DNA of 64,000 nucleotides from Obrimoposthia wandeli (taxonomy: Eukaryota): positions 1 to 64,000 of the forward strand of contig CDROCS010004567.1 of the NCBI GenBank assembly GCA_977020255.1, given 5' to 3'. Made by a program: the position numbers and the translations under genes. Positions 49,963-59,553 of this stretch are shown here, piece by piece; positions within the stretch are counted from its first letter, which is position 1; each line of letters opens with the position of its first letter. A model generated the notes under the pieces. That model made no database searches. It was not told the DNA's origin and saw only the letters and a program-made list of their open reading frames with translations.

Positions 49963-50225
49963 TACCCGCTCGACTTGAATATGCTCGTTTCAGGAAGTCT
50001 GAGCGATTCAAAATCAAGGCGCATTTTTTTATTAAGGGTCATTCCCTTAAAAAGAAATGTAACGTAGAGTATGATTTGCTCAGTCTTCCCCAAGGGGCTG
50101 GTTTAGAAACACTTTATGCTGCGTTATTGATTTCGACAATAGAATAGCTATTCTATTCAATCAAAGTCTTGCCTAAAGGCGTTTCTAATTCTAGCTGAAT
50201 CATGCATCTACAAGTAGAACGGGTA
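49963..50225 (+). mobile_element. MITE family 1 copy (263 bp)
   Basis: TA-CCCGCTCGACTTGAATATGC ... GCATCTACAAGTAGAACGGG-TA; colinear with 29880..30142. Confidence 0.9.
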
Positions 50226-50228
50226 TAT

Positions 50229-50768
50229 ATGCAACATACGTTATCAAATAAGGCTTTACTCAAATCAACGATTATCGCTCTGGTGATTGCGGGCTTAGTA
50301 CTAATTAGTTTTATATTACCAGCAGAATACAATATAGATCCTACGGGTATTGGCGCCAAGCTTGGTTTAACGGCTTTAGCAAATCCAGGGGGGACTGCGT
50401 CAATTAGCATCAAACAAAGTGATGAACTCAACACAGCAAATCAGCAAGAAACCGATATTATTGAAGTTATTGTCCCTGCAGGGCGCGGTGTTGAGTATAA
50501 ATTTGCTATGGCACAGTTTAAGAAAATGGAATATCAATGGCAAACTGATGGTACTGCACTTTTCTTTGATTTACACGGCGAGCCTGAAGGTGATACCACA
50601 GGTTATTATGAAAGTTATGCTATTGCGACGTTGACGGAAATGAAAGGTAGTTTTACTACGCCATTTGCAGGTGTTCACGGCTGGTATTGGAAAAATACAT
50701 CAGATAAACCGGTAGTAGTTAAACTCACTGTCGGTGGCGAATATAGCATTGTCGGATTAAAAAAATAG
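50229..50768 (+). CDS. Membrane-anchored hypothetical protein downstream of HupE/UreJ
   Basis: TM helix, then FILPAEYNIDPTGIG; C-terminal beta domain with FDLHGEP and GVHGWYWKN. Native ATG taken as 50229 because the ATG at 50202 is inside the MITE. Confidence 0.75.
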   Translation: MQHTLSNKALLKSTIIALVIAGLVLISFILPAEYNIDPTGIGAKLGLTALANPGGTASISIKQSDELNTANQQETDIIEVIVPAGRGVEYKFAMAQFKKMEYQWQTDGTALFFDLHGEPEGDTTGYYESYAIATLTEMKGSFTTPFAGVHGWYWKNTSDKPVVVKLTVGGEYSIVGLKK

Positions 50769-50879
50769 TCTTTGAGTATTTTATTTAAAGCATAGATAAG
50801 TTGAAAGCTTGTGAAGAATAGCTGCTGTTTTCTAAAGTGGTCCTCTACTGTGATTGCTTAAAGTTATTCCTTAAAGTAT

Positions 50880-51461
50880 TTAAGGTATTAACTCAATCGA
50901 ACGTACTTGTAAAATAGCTTCTCCACCGTCTGTATCTGTCATGCTTGGTGTCAAATAAATTGCATCAATATGTTCAGGTAATAAACCATAATCTGTTGCG
51001 CTGGCGGGTATCCATTCTGGTCGTGAGAAGTCTTTTAAATCAACTTCCTTAGTTGACCACTGGTTTGTCGGTGGTAACTCTATTTGGTAATGGGCATAAC
51101 TTTGATCGCCATTTTTACCGTATTCTCGCTGTGATAATTTAATAATGAGAGCAATATCACATTGGTAGGTTAAACGTATTTTCTGGCTACCAGCCAAAGA
51201 AGCGCTAGGTAACCTGTAAATTAATTCAACCCATGAATTACGCTTAGCATCAACGCGGGGCACTCGCTTAAATTTGATCCAAATACCGCCATGTCTAATA
51301 AGCTTTTCGTTAATAATGGCTTCACTACCATACGGGTCTGTGTCATAGCTCCATTGGTATTTATCTAGAGGTACCTGAGTGATATCTGCACTGGCAGACA
51401 CAACAAATATGGTTAGAAAATTAACCAAGCTAGTAAGTATTATTTTTTTGAAAAAGTGCAT
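50880..51461 (-). CDS. Exported protein, possible carbohydrate-binding (CBM11/galactose-binding-like) fold
   Basis: Signal peptide; W..Y.D..GS start, WVELIY, W....VDL..F.RP.W pattern; fold assignment tentative. Confidence 0.5.
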   Translation of the reverse strand: MHFFKKIILTSLVNFLTIFVVSASADITQVPLDKYQWSYDTDPYGSEAIINEKLIRHGGIWIKFKRVPRVDAKRNSWVELIYRLPSASLAGSQKIRLTYQCDIALIIKLSQREYGKNGDQSYAHYQIELPPTNQWSTKEVDLKDFSRPEWIPASATDYGLLPEHIDAIYLTPSMTDTDGGEAILQVRSIELIP

Positions 51462-51523
51462 TTATAGTCTTAAAATTAATGTTTAGGGTAATAATGAATC
51501 AGGGTAGCCTTTCAAAAAAGACT

Positions 51524-52402
51524 TTATCCCTCCATTAATAGTGATGATTCTTTATCTTGAAGCGTAACAGATTGCTGATGCCAATCTCTCACGCCATATT
51601 TTGCTAAAATTCTGTTTAACTGCCCATTTTCTCTAAGGCTACTTAAGCCATAATCGAAAATTTGTATGTATTCTTTACTCAGTAAAGGTGAAAACCCTAA
51701 AAACAGCGGAATAAAAATTCCTTCAGTGCCGGCATAAACGATTGTTGGATCGGACGTAGTTGATGTTTTTAACTGTGCTGATTTTTGTGACAACTTAGAT
51801 AGCTGATATTGCACAGTAAATCTTGAGTCCAATAAAATATCTAATCGCCCTAAACGCAACATTCTCAATTGTTTTTGCAATGGGGAATTACCACTAGCAG
51901 AGAATACATGTGCAGCATTATCTTTAAGTAAATTCTCGATTTTTTCGCCGTACTCATAGCCATTGATAGTACCTAAAACAGCATTGTTTTTTAACGCGCC
52001 TTCTAAGTCAGTAATACTTTGAAAGCGCCATGGGTCAGTAGCACGTACATAAAAATCATTATATAAACCACCAAAGCTTAAGTGACTTTTTTGCAGCTGA
52101 AAGTCACTTACATGCTGTGGCGTTAAACCAAGAACTATGTCTATTTTACCCTTTTCAGTGAGGTCTAGTGCTCTTGCTAAAGGCGTTAAAGCAAACTTTA
52201 CTTTAAGGCTGTTTTTAGCCGCGATCTCTGTCACTATTTCAACTAAAAATCCTGGAAGATTCGCATTATCACAGACATAAGGACACCATTCATCAGAAGC
52301 TACAACTAATACTTTTGCCTGGACAGGCTTAGTAAGAATGCTTGCGCATATAACTAAGAATGCGAGACTAAGTGGTATAAGATTTTTAGTATGTTTTATC
52401 AT
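51524..52402 (-). CDS. Family-3-type extracellular solute-binding protein
   Basis: ASDEWCPYVC, PGFLVEI, PLARAL, GYEYG, LRENGQLNRILAKYG; ATG 52402 is 1 nt after the cusA stop. Confidence 0.75.
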   Translation of the reverse strand: MIKHTKNLIPLSLAFLVICASILTKPVQAKVLVVASDEWCPYVCDNANLPGFLVEIVTEIAAKNSLKVKFALTPLARALDLTEKGKIDIVLGLTPQHVSDFQLQKSHLSFGGLYNDFYVRATDPWRFQSITDLEGALKNNAVLGTINGYEYGEKIENLLKDNAAHVFSASGNSPLQKQLRMLRLGRLDILLDSRFTVQYQLSKLSQKSAQLKTSTTSDPTIVYAGTEGIFIPLFLGFSPLLSKEYIQIFDYGLSSLRENGQLNRILAKYGVRDWHQQSVTLQDKESSLLMEG

Positions 52403-52403
52403 G

Positions 52404-55400
52404 TTATTTTTCTTGAACTTCAACCGTAGTCGTAGGTAAATTGGCAGAGCGCCACAAATAATAGAGCGCGGGTAAAACGAGCAAGGTTAACAACATAGCG
52501 CTTGCCATACCACCGACCATAGGTGCAGCAATTCGACTCATCACTTCTGAGCCGGTTCCTGTGCCATATAATATGGGTAATAAGCCAACAATAACCGTTC
52601 CTCCGGTCATCATAACAGGTCTTACTCTTAAACCTGCCCCATGAAGTACTGCCTGTGAAATATCTGCTTTTGTTATCATTTTTCCTGTTGTGGCATTATC
52701 GGCCAATAAGGCATTATACGCTTGATTTAAGTAAACCAGCATAATAACGCCAATTTCTACTGCAACTCCAGCTAGGGCAATAAAACCAACACCTACTGCG
52801 ACAGAGAAGTTGAAACCTTGTAAGTACATTAACCAAATACTCCCCACCATAGCAAGTGGTAGCGTACCTAAAATCATGGCGACTTCAATGACATTACGAA
52901 AGTTTAGATACAGTAATACAATGATAATTGCCAGCGTTAATGGGACAACATAAGTCAGTTTGGCTTTCGCCCTCTGCATGTATTCATACTGACCTGCCCA
53001 AGTAATAGAATAACCTGTAGGAAGTTTCAATTCCTTATCTAGTACCGTTTGTGCATGGTTCACGTAACTGCCAACATCAACCCCTTTGGTATCAGCCAAG
53101 TCAATGAAAGCCCAGCCCGTTAATCTGGCATTCTCTGATTTAATACCAGGCGGACCATCTTCAATAAAGATATGGGCAACATCGCCTAACGAAATTCGCT
53201 GACCATTGGGCGTAACTATAGGTAATTGTGAAAGCTGCTCTGGTGAGTCTCGGTAATCTTGTGGATAGCGTAAACTAACAGGATAACGCTCTAAACCTTC
53301 TACTGTATTGGTAACATTCATACCGCCAATTGCGGTGGCAACCACTTGTTGAATATCACTAATATTTAAACCATAACGAGCCGCTTTGCCGCGTTGAATA
53401 TCAACTTTGATATAGCGACCGCCAGCAACTCGCTCAGAATATACTGAAGCTGTACCAGGTACTTTGGCCAAGATACTTTCAAGCTGTTGACCAATGGCTT
53501 GAATCGTTTCAAGTTTCGGTCCCGATATTTTAATGCCAACAGGTGTTTTTATCCCTGTAGCTAACATATCTATACGGGTTTTTATTGGCATAACCCAGGC
53601 ATTAGTGACACCGGGGAGTTTTACTATCGCATCAAGTTCTTTTTTCAAACTAGCGCTAGTCATACCTTCTCGCCATTCACTTTTAGGCTTAAATTGGATG
53701 AAGGTTTCTATCATAGTTAACGGTGCAGGATCAGTTGCTGTTTCTGCGCGTCCCATTTTACCAAAAACGGTTTTTACTTCAGGTACCGTTTTAATCAGCT
53801 TGTCGGTTTGTTGCAGTAACTGTCTTGCTTGACCGATAGATATTCCAGGATAAGTGGTAGGCATATACATCAAATCACCTTCATCAAGAGGTGGAATGAA
53901 TTCACTGCCTATTTTATCTAACGGATATAAACCAATGATAAGCACGACTACGGCGGCAGTTAAGGTAACTTTAGGAAAGCGTAATACTGTTTTGAGCGCA
54001 GGTAGGTACAATGCAGTTAAGAATTTATTCACAGGGTTTTTATGTTCAGCGAGTACTTTACCACGAATAAAATAACCCATTAATACCGGTATCAAGGTAA
54101 TCGCTAACGCCGCCGCCGCCGCCATTGCATAGGTTTTGGTGAAAGCGAGCGGTGAAAACATTCGACCTTCTTGCGCTTCAAGGGTAAATACAGGCACAAA
54201 GCTGACCGTGATAATAAGTAAACTAAAGAATAATGCTGGACCGACTTCGCTAGCGGAATCAATCACAATCTGCCAACGTTTTTCGTTTGATAAGGGCTGA
54301 TCTTGGGGTAAGCGCTCCATGTGCTTGTGCATGTTTTCAATCATCACAATCGCGCCGTCAACCATAGCGCCAATGGCAATAGCAATACCGCCAAGAGACA
54401 TGATGTTGGCATTTAGGCCTTGAGCATGCATTACGATAAAGGCTGTTAAAATACCGACAGGAATGCTAATAATCACCACTAAAGAAGAGCGGAGATGAAA
54501 GAGAAAAATGACACACACTAAAGCGACAACACCAAACTCCTCTAAGAGCTTCATCGCTAAGTTGCTGACTGCACGCTCAATTAACGCCGATCTGTCATAT
54601 ACAGGAACAATTTCTACCCCTTCAGGTAAGCCTTTTTTCAATTGTTCTAGTTTAGCCTTTACGCCGTTAATGACCTGCTGAGCATTTTCACCAAAGCGCA
54701 TCACCACAATACCGCCAACGGTTTCACCCTCACCATTAAGCTCGGCAATGCCACGGCGCATTTGTGGACCAGTGCCTATTTCTGCAACATCTTTAAGTAA
54801 CAATGGTGTACCGTTTTTATTGACACCTAAGGGAATATTTTCAAGGTCTTCTACGCCTTTTAGGTAGCCCGTTGCCCTTACCATGTATTCAGCTTCGGCC
54901 ATTTCTACTACGGAAGCGCCAATCTCTTGGTTGCCTTGTTTAATGGCAGTTTGAATAAGAGAGAGTGGAATGCCAAAAGCACGTAGCTTGTCAGGGTTAA
55001 CTTGCACTTGGTATTGCTTAACCATGCCGCCTAGTGCGGTTACCTCTGAAACGCCTTTTACAGTTTGCAGTTCATATTTTAAAAACCAATCTTGTAAGCT
55101 ACGTAATTGACTTAAATCATGTTGGCCAGTTTTGTCGATCAAGGAATATAGGTATACCCAACCAACGCCTGTAGCATCAGGGCCTAATTGTGGTTTTGCA
55201 TCACTAGGCAGGTTAGAAGATACCTGACTTAAATATTCTAATACGCGAGAACGAGCCCAATAAAGATCGGTATCCTCTTCAAAAATAATATAAACATAAG
55301 AATCACCAAAAAAGGAGAAACCACGAACAGTTACCGCGCCAGGTACTGACAACATGGCGGTAGTTAGCGGGTAAGTTACTTGATCTTCAACAACTTGTGG

Positions 55401-55571
55401 CGCTTGTCCTGGATAACTCGTTTTGATGATAACTTGCACATCGGATAAATCAGGCAGTGCATCAATAGGCGTATTTTTTACAGAATAGAGCCCAATGCCC
55501 ACTAAAATCATAGTGGCTAGTATGACAAAGAAACGATTGCCTACTGACCAACGAATAATGGCAGCAATCAT
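52404..55571 (-). CDS. cusA: CusA/SilA heavy-metal efflux RND permease, Cu(I)/Ag(I) type
   Basis: DALPDLSDVQVII, GPDATGVGWV; the three E. coli CusA metal-site Met contexts are present (GDLMYMPTT, PLTMIET, RIDMLATG). Confidence 0.95.
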   Translation of the reverse strand: MIAAIIRWSVGNRFFVILATMILVGIGLYSVKNTPIDALPDLSDVQVIIKTSYPGQAPQVVEDQVTYPLTTAMLSVPGAVTVRGFSFFGDSYVYIIFEEDTDLYWARSRVLEYLSQVSSNLPSDAKPQLGPDATGVGWVYLYSLIDKTGQHDLSQLRSLQDWFLKYELQTVKGVSEVTALGGMVKQYQVQVNPDKLRAFGIPLSLIQTAIKQGNQEIGASVVEMAEAEYMVRATGYLKGVEDLENIPLGVNKNGTPLLLKDVAEIGTGPQMRRGIAELNGEGETVGGIVVMRFGENAQQVINGVKAKLEQLKKGLPEGVEIVPVYDRSALIERAVSNLAMKLLEEFGVVALVCVIFLFHLRSSLVVIISIPVGILTAFIVMHAQGLNANIMSLGGIAIAIGAMVDGAIVMIENMHKHMERLPQDQPLSNEKRWQIVIDSASEVGPALFFSLLIITVSFVPVFTLEAQEGRMFSPLAFTKTYAMAAAAALAITLIPVLMGYFIRGKVLAEHKNPVNKFLTALYLPALKTVLRFPKVTLTAAVVVLIIGLYPLDKIGSEFIPPLDEGDLMYMPTTYPGISIGQARQLLQQTDKLIKTVPEVKTVFGKMGRAETATDPAPLTMIETFIQFKPKSEWREGMTSASLKKELDAIVKLPGVTNAWVMPIKTRIDMLATGIKTPVGIKISGPKLETIQAIGQQLESILAKVPGTASVYSERVAGGRYIKVDIQRGKAARYGLNISDIQQVVATAIGGMNVTNTVEGLERYPVSLRYPQDYRDSPEQLSQLPIVTPNGQRISLGDVAHIFIEDGPPGIKSENARLTGWAFIDLADTKGVDVGSYVNHAQTVLDKELKLPTGYSITWAGQYEYMQRAKAKLTYVVPLTLAIIIVLLYLNFRNVIEVAMILGTLPLAMVGSIWLMYLQGFNFSVAVGVGFIALAGVAVEIGVIMLVYLNQAYNALLADNATTGKMITKADISQAVLHGAGLRVRPVMMTGGTVIVGLLPILYGTGTGSEVMSRIAAPMVGGMASAMLLTLLVLPALYYLWRSANLPTTTVEVQEK

Positions 55572-57133
55572 TATTTCTCTCCCTGAGTCATGTCGTGCAA
55601 CATGCCTTGTTTCATTGCCATAGCGCTAACAATGATAAATTCACCGTCTTTAATTTCGAAGGTAAACATTAAATAAGCATCAACAGTAAATAGTGCCATA
55701 TCAACGGATTCACTTACCATGAAATCTACACTAGCAGGCTCTCTATTCCATTTTTCAATTGCTTCACGATTGATAGTGACCATGCGGTGACCGGTCATTA
55801 CCGAAGTAACCGTGCCATGCACAGTTGCTGAAGAAACGTTGTTATTCGTTTCGGCTGTTGAATCATCAGGCTTAAATTCTTCAATATACATACGGTTAAA
55901 GTCAGACGTTTTGCTAGATTCAGAGTCGAGAAGAAATTGTGCAGAACTGACCACTTTCTCTCCAACAGAAAGACCAGAAATAATCTCGATATTATCACGA
56001 TCAAAACGACCAATTTTCACCGCGATCGACTTAAAGTAACCATCGCCTAGCGCCAAAACAACTCTGTCTTGGTTACCAGTACGAATAACGGCTTCTTTTG
56101 GTACTTGCAAAGCAGATTCGTTGTCGTTGATCGCTATTGAAATTTGCGCGAACATATTAGGTCTTAAATCACCATTCTGGTTATTAAAATGCAGCCTAAC
56201 AATACCGGTTCTAGTTTTTGGGTTTAACATGGGATGCACGTGTTCAACTTTACCGAACCATTGTTTAGAGGGTAAATAATCTAAACGCATGCTAGCACTA
56301 TCGCCCATGACAACTTTAAAGACATCGTGCTCAAAAACTTCTGCTTTCACCCATACCTGCGTTAAATCTACTATGGACAACATCATGGTTTCTGGTTTGA
56401 CGTAAAAACCTTGTCTGACAAATAAGCTCTCTACCACACCATTTTGTGGTGCGTAAAAGGTGACATTTAGTTGTACTTTTTTATCTTTTTTTAATGTATC
56501 AATGGCGTTACGAGGAATTTGTAGCGCGATAAGACGATTTTCCGCCGCGATAATTAAACGTTTATTTTTTCGATCTAGCGCGAGCAGTAATTCTTCTTGA
56601 GCATTGACCAATTCAGGAGAATAGATGTCATAAAGCGGTTGTCCTTTTTTAACCGGATCACCAATAGCGTTGATGTAGAGCTTTTCAACCCAGCCTGCAA
56701 TACGTGGGTGAATATGCACTAATTTGTCTTCATCATAAGTGACGTAACCAACGGTTTCTATCGTGGTTTTTAGTGGGCGGTAAGTTGCCGTAGTAGTACG
56801 TACACCTAAGTTGTTAATAACACTCGGCGATATTTTTATAGTACCAGGGCCTTCATCAATCGTATTATTTTGACTACCGTAATAAGGGATCAAATCCATT
56901 CCCATAGGGGATTGACCAGGTTGATCACGTCTGAAATTTGCATCCATTGGCGCTACCCAGTACAAGGGTTTATTTTCTTCTGTACTATTATCAACAGTGG
57001 TTGGTTTTGAAGGTAAAAAAGTTATCACTGTTAAGGTTATTATTATCCCTAAGACTAAACTTGTTAACGCAACTAGTCCGGTTTTTAACGGTGGACGTTT
57101 TACTGAGTTGTTGGTTTCTTTATTGATAGTCAT
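55571..57133 (-). CDS. cusB: CusB-type periplasmic adaptor with N-terminal heavy-metal-binding motif and C-terminal CusF-like domain
   Basis: YWVAPMD..FRRDQPGQSPMGMDL; IYSPELVNAQEE; LRPNMFA; SAQFLLDSES. Confidence 0.92.
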   Translation of the reverse strand: MTINKETNNSVKRPPLKTGLVALTSLVLGIIITLTVITFLPSKPTTVDNSTEENKPLYWVAPMDANFRRDQPGQSPMGMDLIPYYGSQNNTIDEGPGTIKISPSVINNLGVRTTTATYRPLKTTIETVGYVTYDEDKLVHIHPRIAGWVEKLYINAIGDPVKKGQPLYDIYSPELVNAQEELLLALDRKNKRLIIAAENRLIALQIPRNAIDTLKKDKKVQLNVTFYAPQNGVVESLFVRQGFYVKPETMMLSIVDLTQVWVKAEVFEHDVFKVVMGDSASMRLDYLPSKQWFGKVEHVHPMLNPKTRTGIVRLHFNNQNGDLRPNMFAQISIAINDNESALQVPKEAVIRTGNQDRVVLALGDGYFKSIAVKIGRFDRDNIEIISGLSVGEKVVSSAQFLLDSESSKTSDFNRMYIEEFKPDDSTAETNNNVSSATVHGTVTSVMTGHRMVTINREAIEKWNREPASVDFMVSESVDMALFTVDAYLMFTFEIKDGEFIIVSAMAMKQGMLHDMTQGEK

Positions 57134-58596
57134 TATTTTTCCTCACCCATAGCAAAATCTGCCGGTGTATTGTTCGTAGCCAAATTACCGACAAAGAGGT
57201 AATTCAGTTCTAAGATTATTTTTTGCTGTTCAACGGCAATTTTTAGTTGTTCGATCTCAGCATTGAGTACGGCAATACGTGATCTTACTACTTCTGAAAA
57301 ATCGCCATCATCATTGGTATATGCTGTTAATGAGGCTTCTGCTTGGTCGTTAACTTGCGGTAACAGTCTTGTTTGGTAAAGTGTTTTACGATTATTCAAT
57401 CGTGATAAACGTCCTTGCGCACTAGAGAAAGCACCGAGTAATCGGCGTAGTAATAATATCTTTTCTGTTTTTACCGCTTCTGTCGCTGAAACCGCTGATT
57501 TTACGGTCATATCTTGACGGTTATCAGTAAACAATGGTAAATCGAAAGTAACCCCAACAGAAAATAAATCTGCTCGATTATTACCCATGGCATCATCATC
57601 ACGATAGCCATAACTTGCGTTAATGCCCCATTCTGGTTGATAGGCTTGTTCTGCCAAATTTATACCTGTTTTTGTCGCTAGTATTTTTTTATCTAAGGCA
57701 ATAATTGCAGGGTGCTTAGCAAAAACTTGAGTCAGTTCTTCAACAGATAACCAAGGGTTATTACTCAGATCATTACTTTTTAAATTTGAACGGGCTGAAC
57801 CCGATTGGAGCAAATCTTTATGAAGCAAATCTAACTGAGGCAGTTTTTTAGCCAATTTCATATTATGTAGTTGACCGACCTCACTCATGTTTACTTGCAC
57901 TGTATTAGCAATAAAAGCAGTTGATAGCCATTGCGATAACATACCTAAATAAGCATTTTGCTGTTGCGCGAGTATATCTAGTCGATCATCTAGTTGCGTT
58001 AACTCTAGCTGTGCACGAACAATATCTTGTTGACGTGTTTTACCTAAGGTTGAAGAATAGCTGGCTTGGGCAACATCAGCTAATTGCTCGAACAAGGAAC
58101 GATTTTGTTCAATCAGGATAATACTTTGTTGAACGTTATAAGCATCAAGCCACAAACTGCCAACCGTAACCGCAACTTTGGCTTCTCTGTCGCTACGTTG
58201 AAAGGGATAGGCTTCACTTTGAATACGTAATTGCTGATTCTTTATTGTCAGGCTATCACCTCGAGGAAACATTTGGGTAATACCCACCTTTAGCTGTGTC
58301 ATACCTTCTTGAGAAAAATCAAAACCATCGGTAGGCAGGTTTGCAAATGCGACTGACATTTTAGGGTCAGGTAAACTTGAAGCTGCATTGCTCAGGGCCT
58401 CAACGGCTTGTTGCTGGTGTTTATTGCCCGTGAGCCAAGGGTCGTTTTTTTGTGCGGTTGTCACTGTGCTATTAAATGACCAAACTTTTTGATTATCAGC
58501 AGCTTGAAGAGTAGGGCTAACAACACATAACAAACTTAATGTGATGATGCTGGCAACAGTTGTGCGAGCTTGAACGGGAAAAGAAAATAAAAACAT
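57133..58596 (-). CDS. TolC/CusC-family outer-membrane factor
   Basis: LPDPKM...QEGMTQLKVGITQMFPRG, DLFSVGVTFDLPLF; first structural gene of the cus operon. Confidence 0.88.
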   Translation of the reverse strand: MFLFSFPVQARTTVASIITLSLLCVVSPTLQAADNQKVWSFNSTVTTAQKNDPWLTGNKHQQQAVEALSNAASSLPDPKMSVAFANLPTDGFDFSQEGMTQLKVGITQMFPRGDSLTIKNQQLRIQSEAYPFQRSDREAKVAVTVGSLWLDAYNVQQSIILIEQNRSLFEQLADVAQASYSSTLGKTRQQDIVRAQLELTQLDDRLDILAQQQNAYLGMLSQWLSTAFIANTVQVNMSEVGQLHNMKLAKKLPQLDLLHKDLLQSGSARSNLKSNDLSNNPWLSVEELTQVFAKHPAIIALDKKILATKTGINLAEQAYQPEWGINASYGYRDDDAMGNNRADLFSVGVTFDLPLFTDNRQDMTVKSAVSATEAVKTEKILLLRRLLGAFSSAQGRLSRLNNRKTLYQTRLLPQVNDQAEASLTAYTNDDGDFSEVVRSRIAVLNAEIEQLKIAVEQQKIILELNYLFVGNLATNNTPADFAMGEEK

Positions 58597-58716
58597 GACT
58601 CCCTCCTGAGGGAATACTTTACGGTAATGACGAGACGGTTTTTTGCATCAGCGATACTTTTTAAGTGATCAACTATAAAATTTATACAGCAAAATGTAGA
58701 CGCAATGAGACTGTGA

Positions 58717-59163
58717 TTAGCTCAGAATTGGTGGTCTATAAAGGGAGGTAAGTGTTTGACTTGTGGTAATGGTATTGAGTGACTTTATTTTACTCGGTGT
58801 TGCAAATACAGGGGTGTAATTGATAATCATTGAAAATGCCGATACAGTTGAGCATCCGCTTGTTAAACAATCACATTCTTGTTCACAACAACTTTCAGAA
58901 GACATAGAAGAACAAGTTTTTTTTGTCATCATTTCTTCGTCACAATCAGACATGGCACTCATGTCGTGGGCAGTGTTGTTTCTCTGTGTGCTGTGATGAT
59001 TTGAACCTTTCATCGATGACATTTTAGTCATCATTTGCTCACTTTGTTGCATACTTGTCATGCTATAAAACATAGTCATTGATGCCATTGATTGACCGAT
59101 AAAGATCAAACAAAGCACTATTACCATCATTGTTTTATTTATAAAAGTAGGCACAAGCAACAC
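58717..59163 (-). CDS. Small Met/His/Cys-rich protein upstream of the cus operon (CopL-like)
   Basis: Hydrophobic N-terminus; Met/His tract; CCEQECDCLTSGC; C-terminal SLYRPPI. Confidence 0.6.
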   Translation of the reverse strand: MLLVPTFINKTMMVIVLCLIFIGQSMASMTMFYSMTSMQQSEQMMTKMSSMKGSNHHSTQRNNTAHDMSAMSDCDEEMMTKKTCSSMSSESCCEQECDCLTSGCSTVSAFSMIINYTPVFATPSKIKSLNTITTSQTLTSLYRPPILS

Positions 59164-59553
59164 TTAGATTATGAGTGAGTTACTATTAGCTAGGTATTAA
59201 ATACTTAATAACTAGGTAATAAGATTTCTTTTAATTCTAGCATCAATGAAAAGAAGATAGCAATAATACCAAATCTATTAAATATATTTCCAATGTCGAG
59301 TTGTGTTAATGGACTTAAAACACTAACCATTGATGAAGCTTTGTTTTAAATGATGATTCGCATCACATCATGTGAAAATTTAATATATTAATTACGTTTT
59401 TTGACGGCCACTGACCTTTGAGTTTTACCTCCAGTATGATCACTAATGCCACACTGCGGAAGTTAGCCTTTGGAAATTTATACTGAAAGTTTTTGTTTGT
59501 TTTGTTCTAAAGCGGACACGGCTGAACAAGCATATTACGTTAACAGTTTCCTG

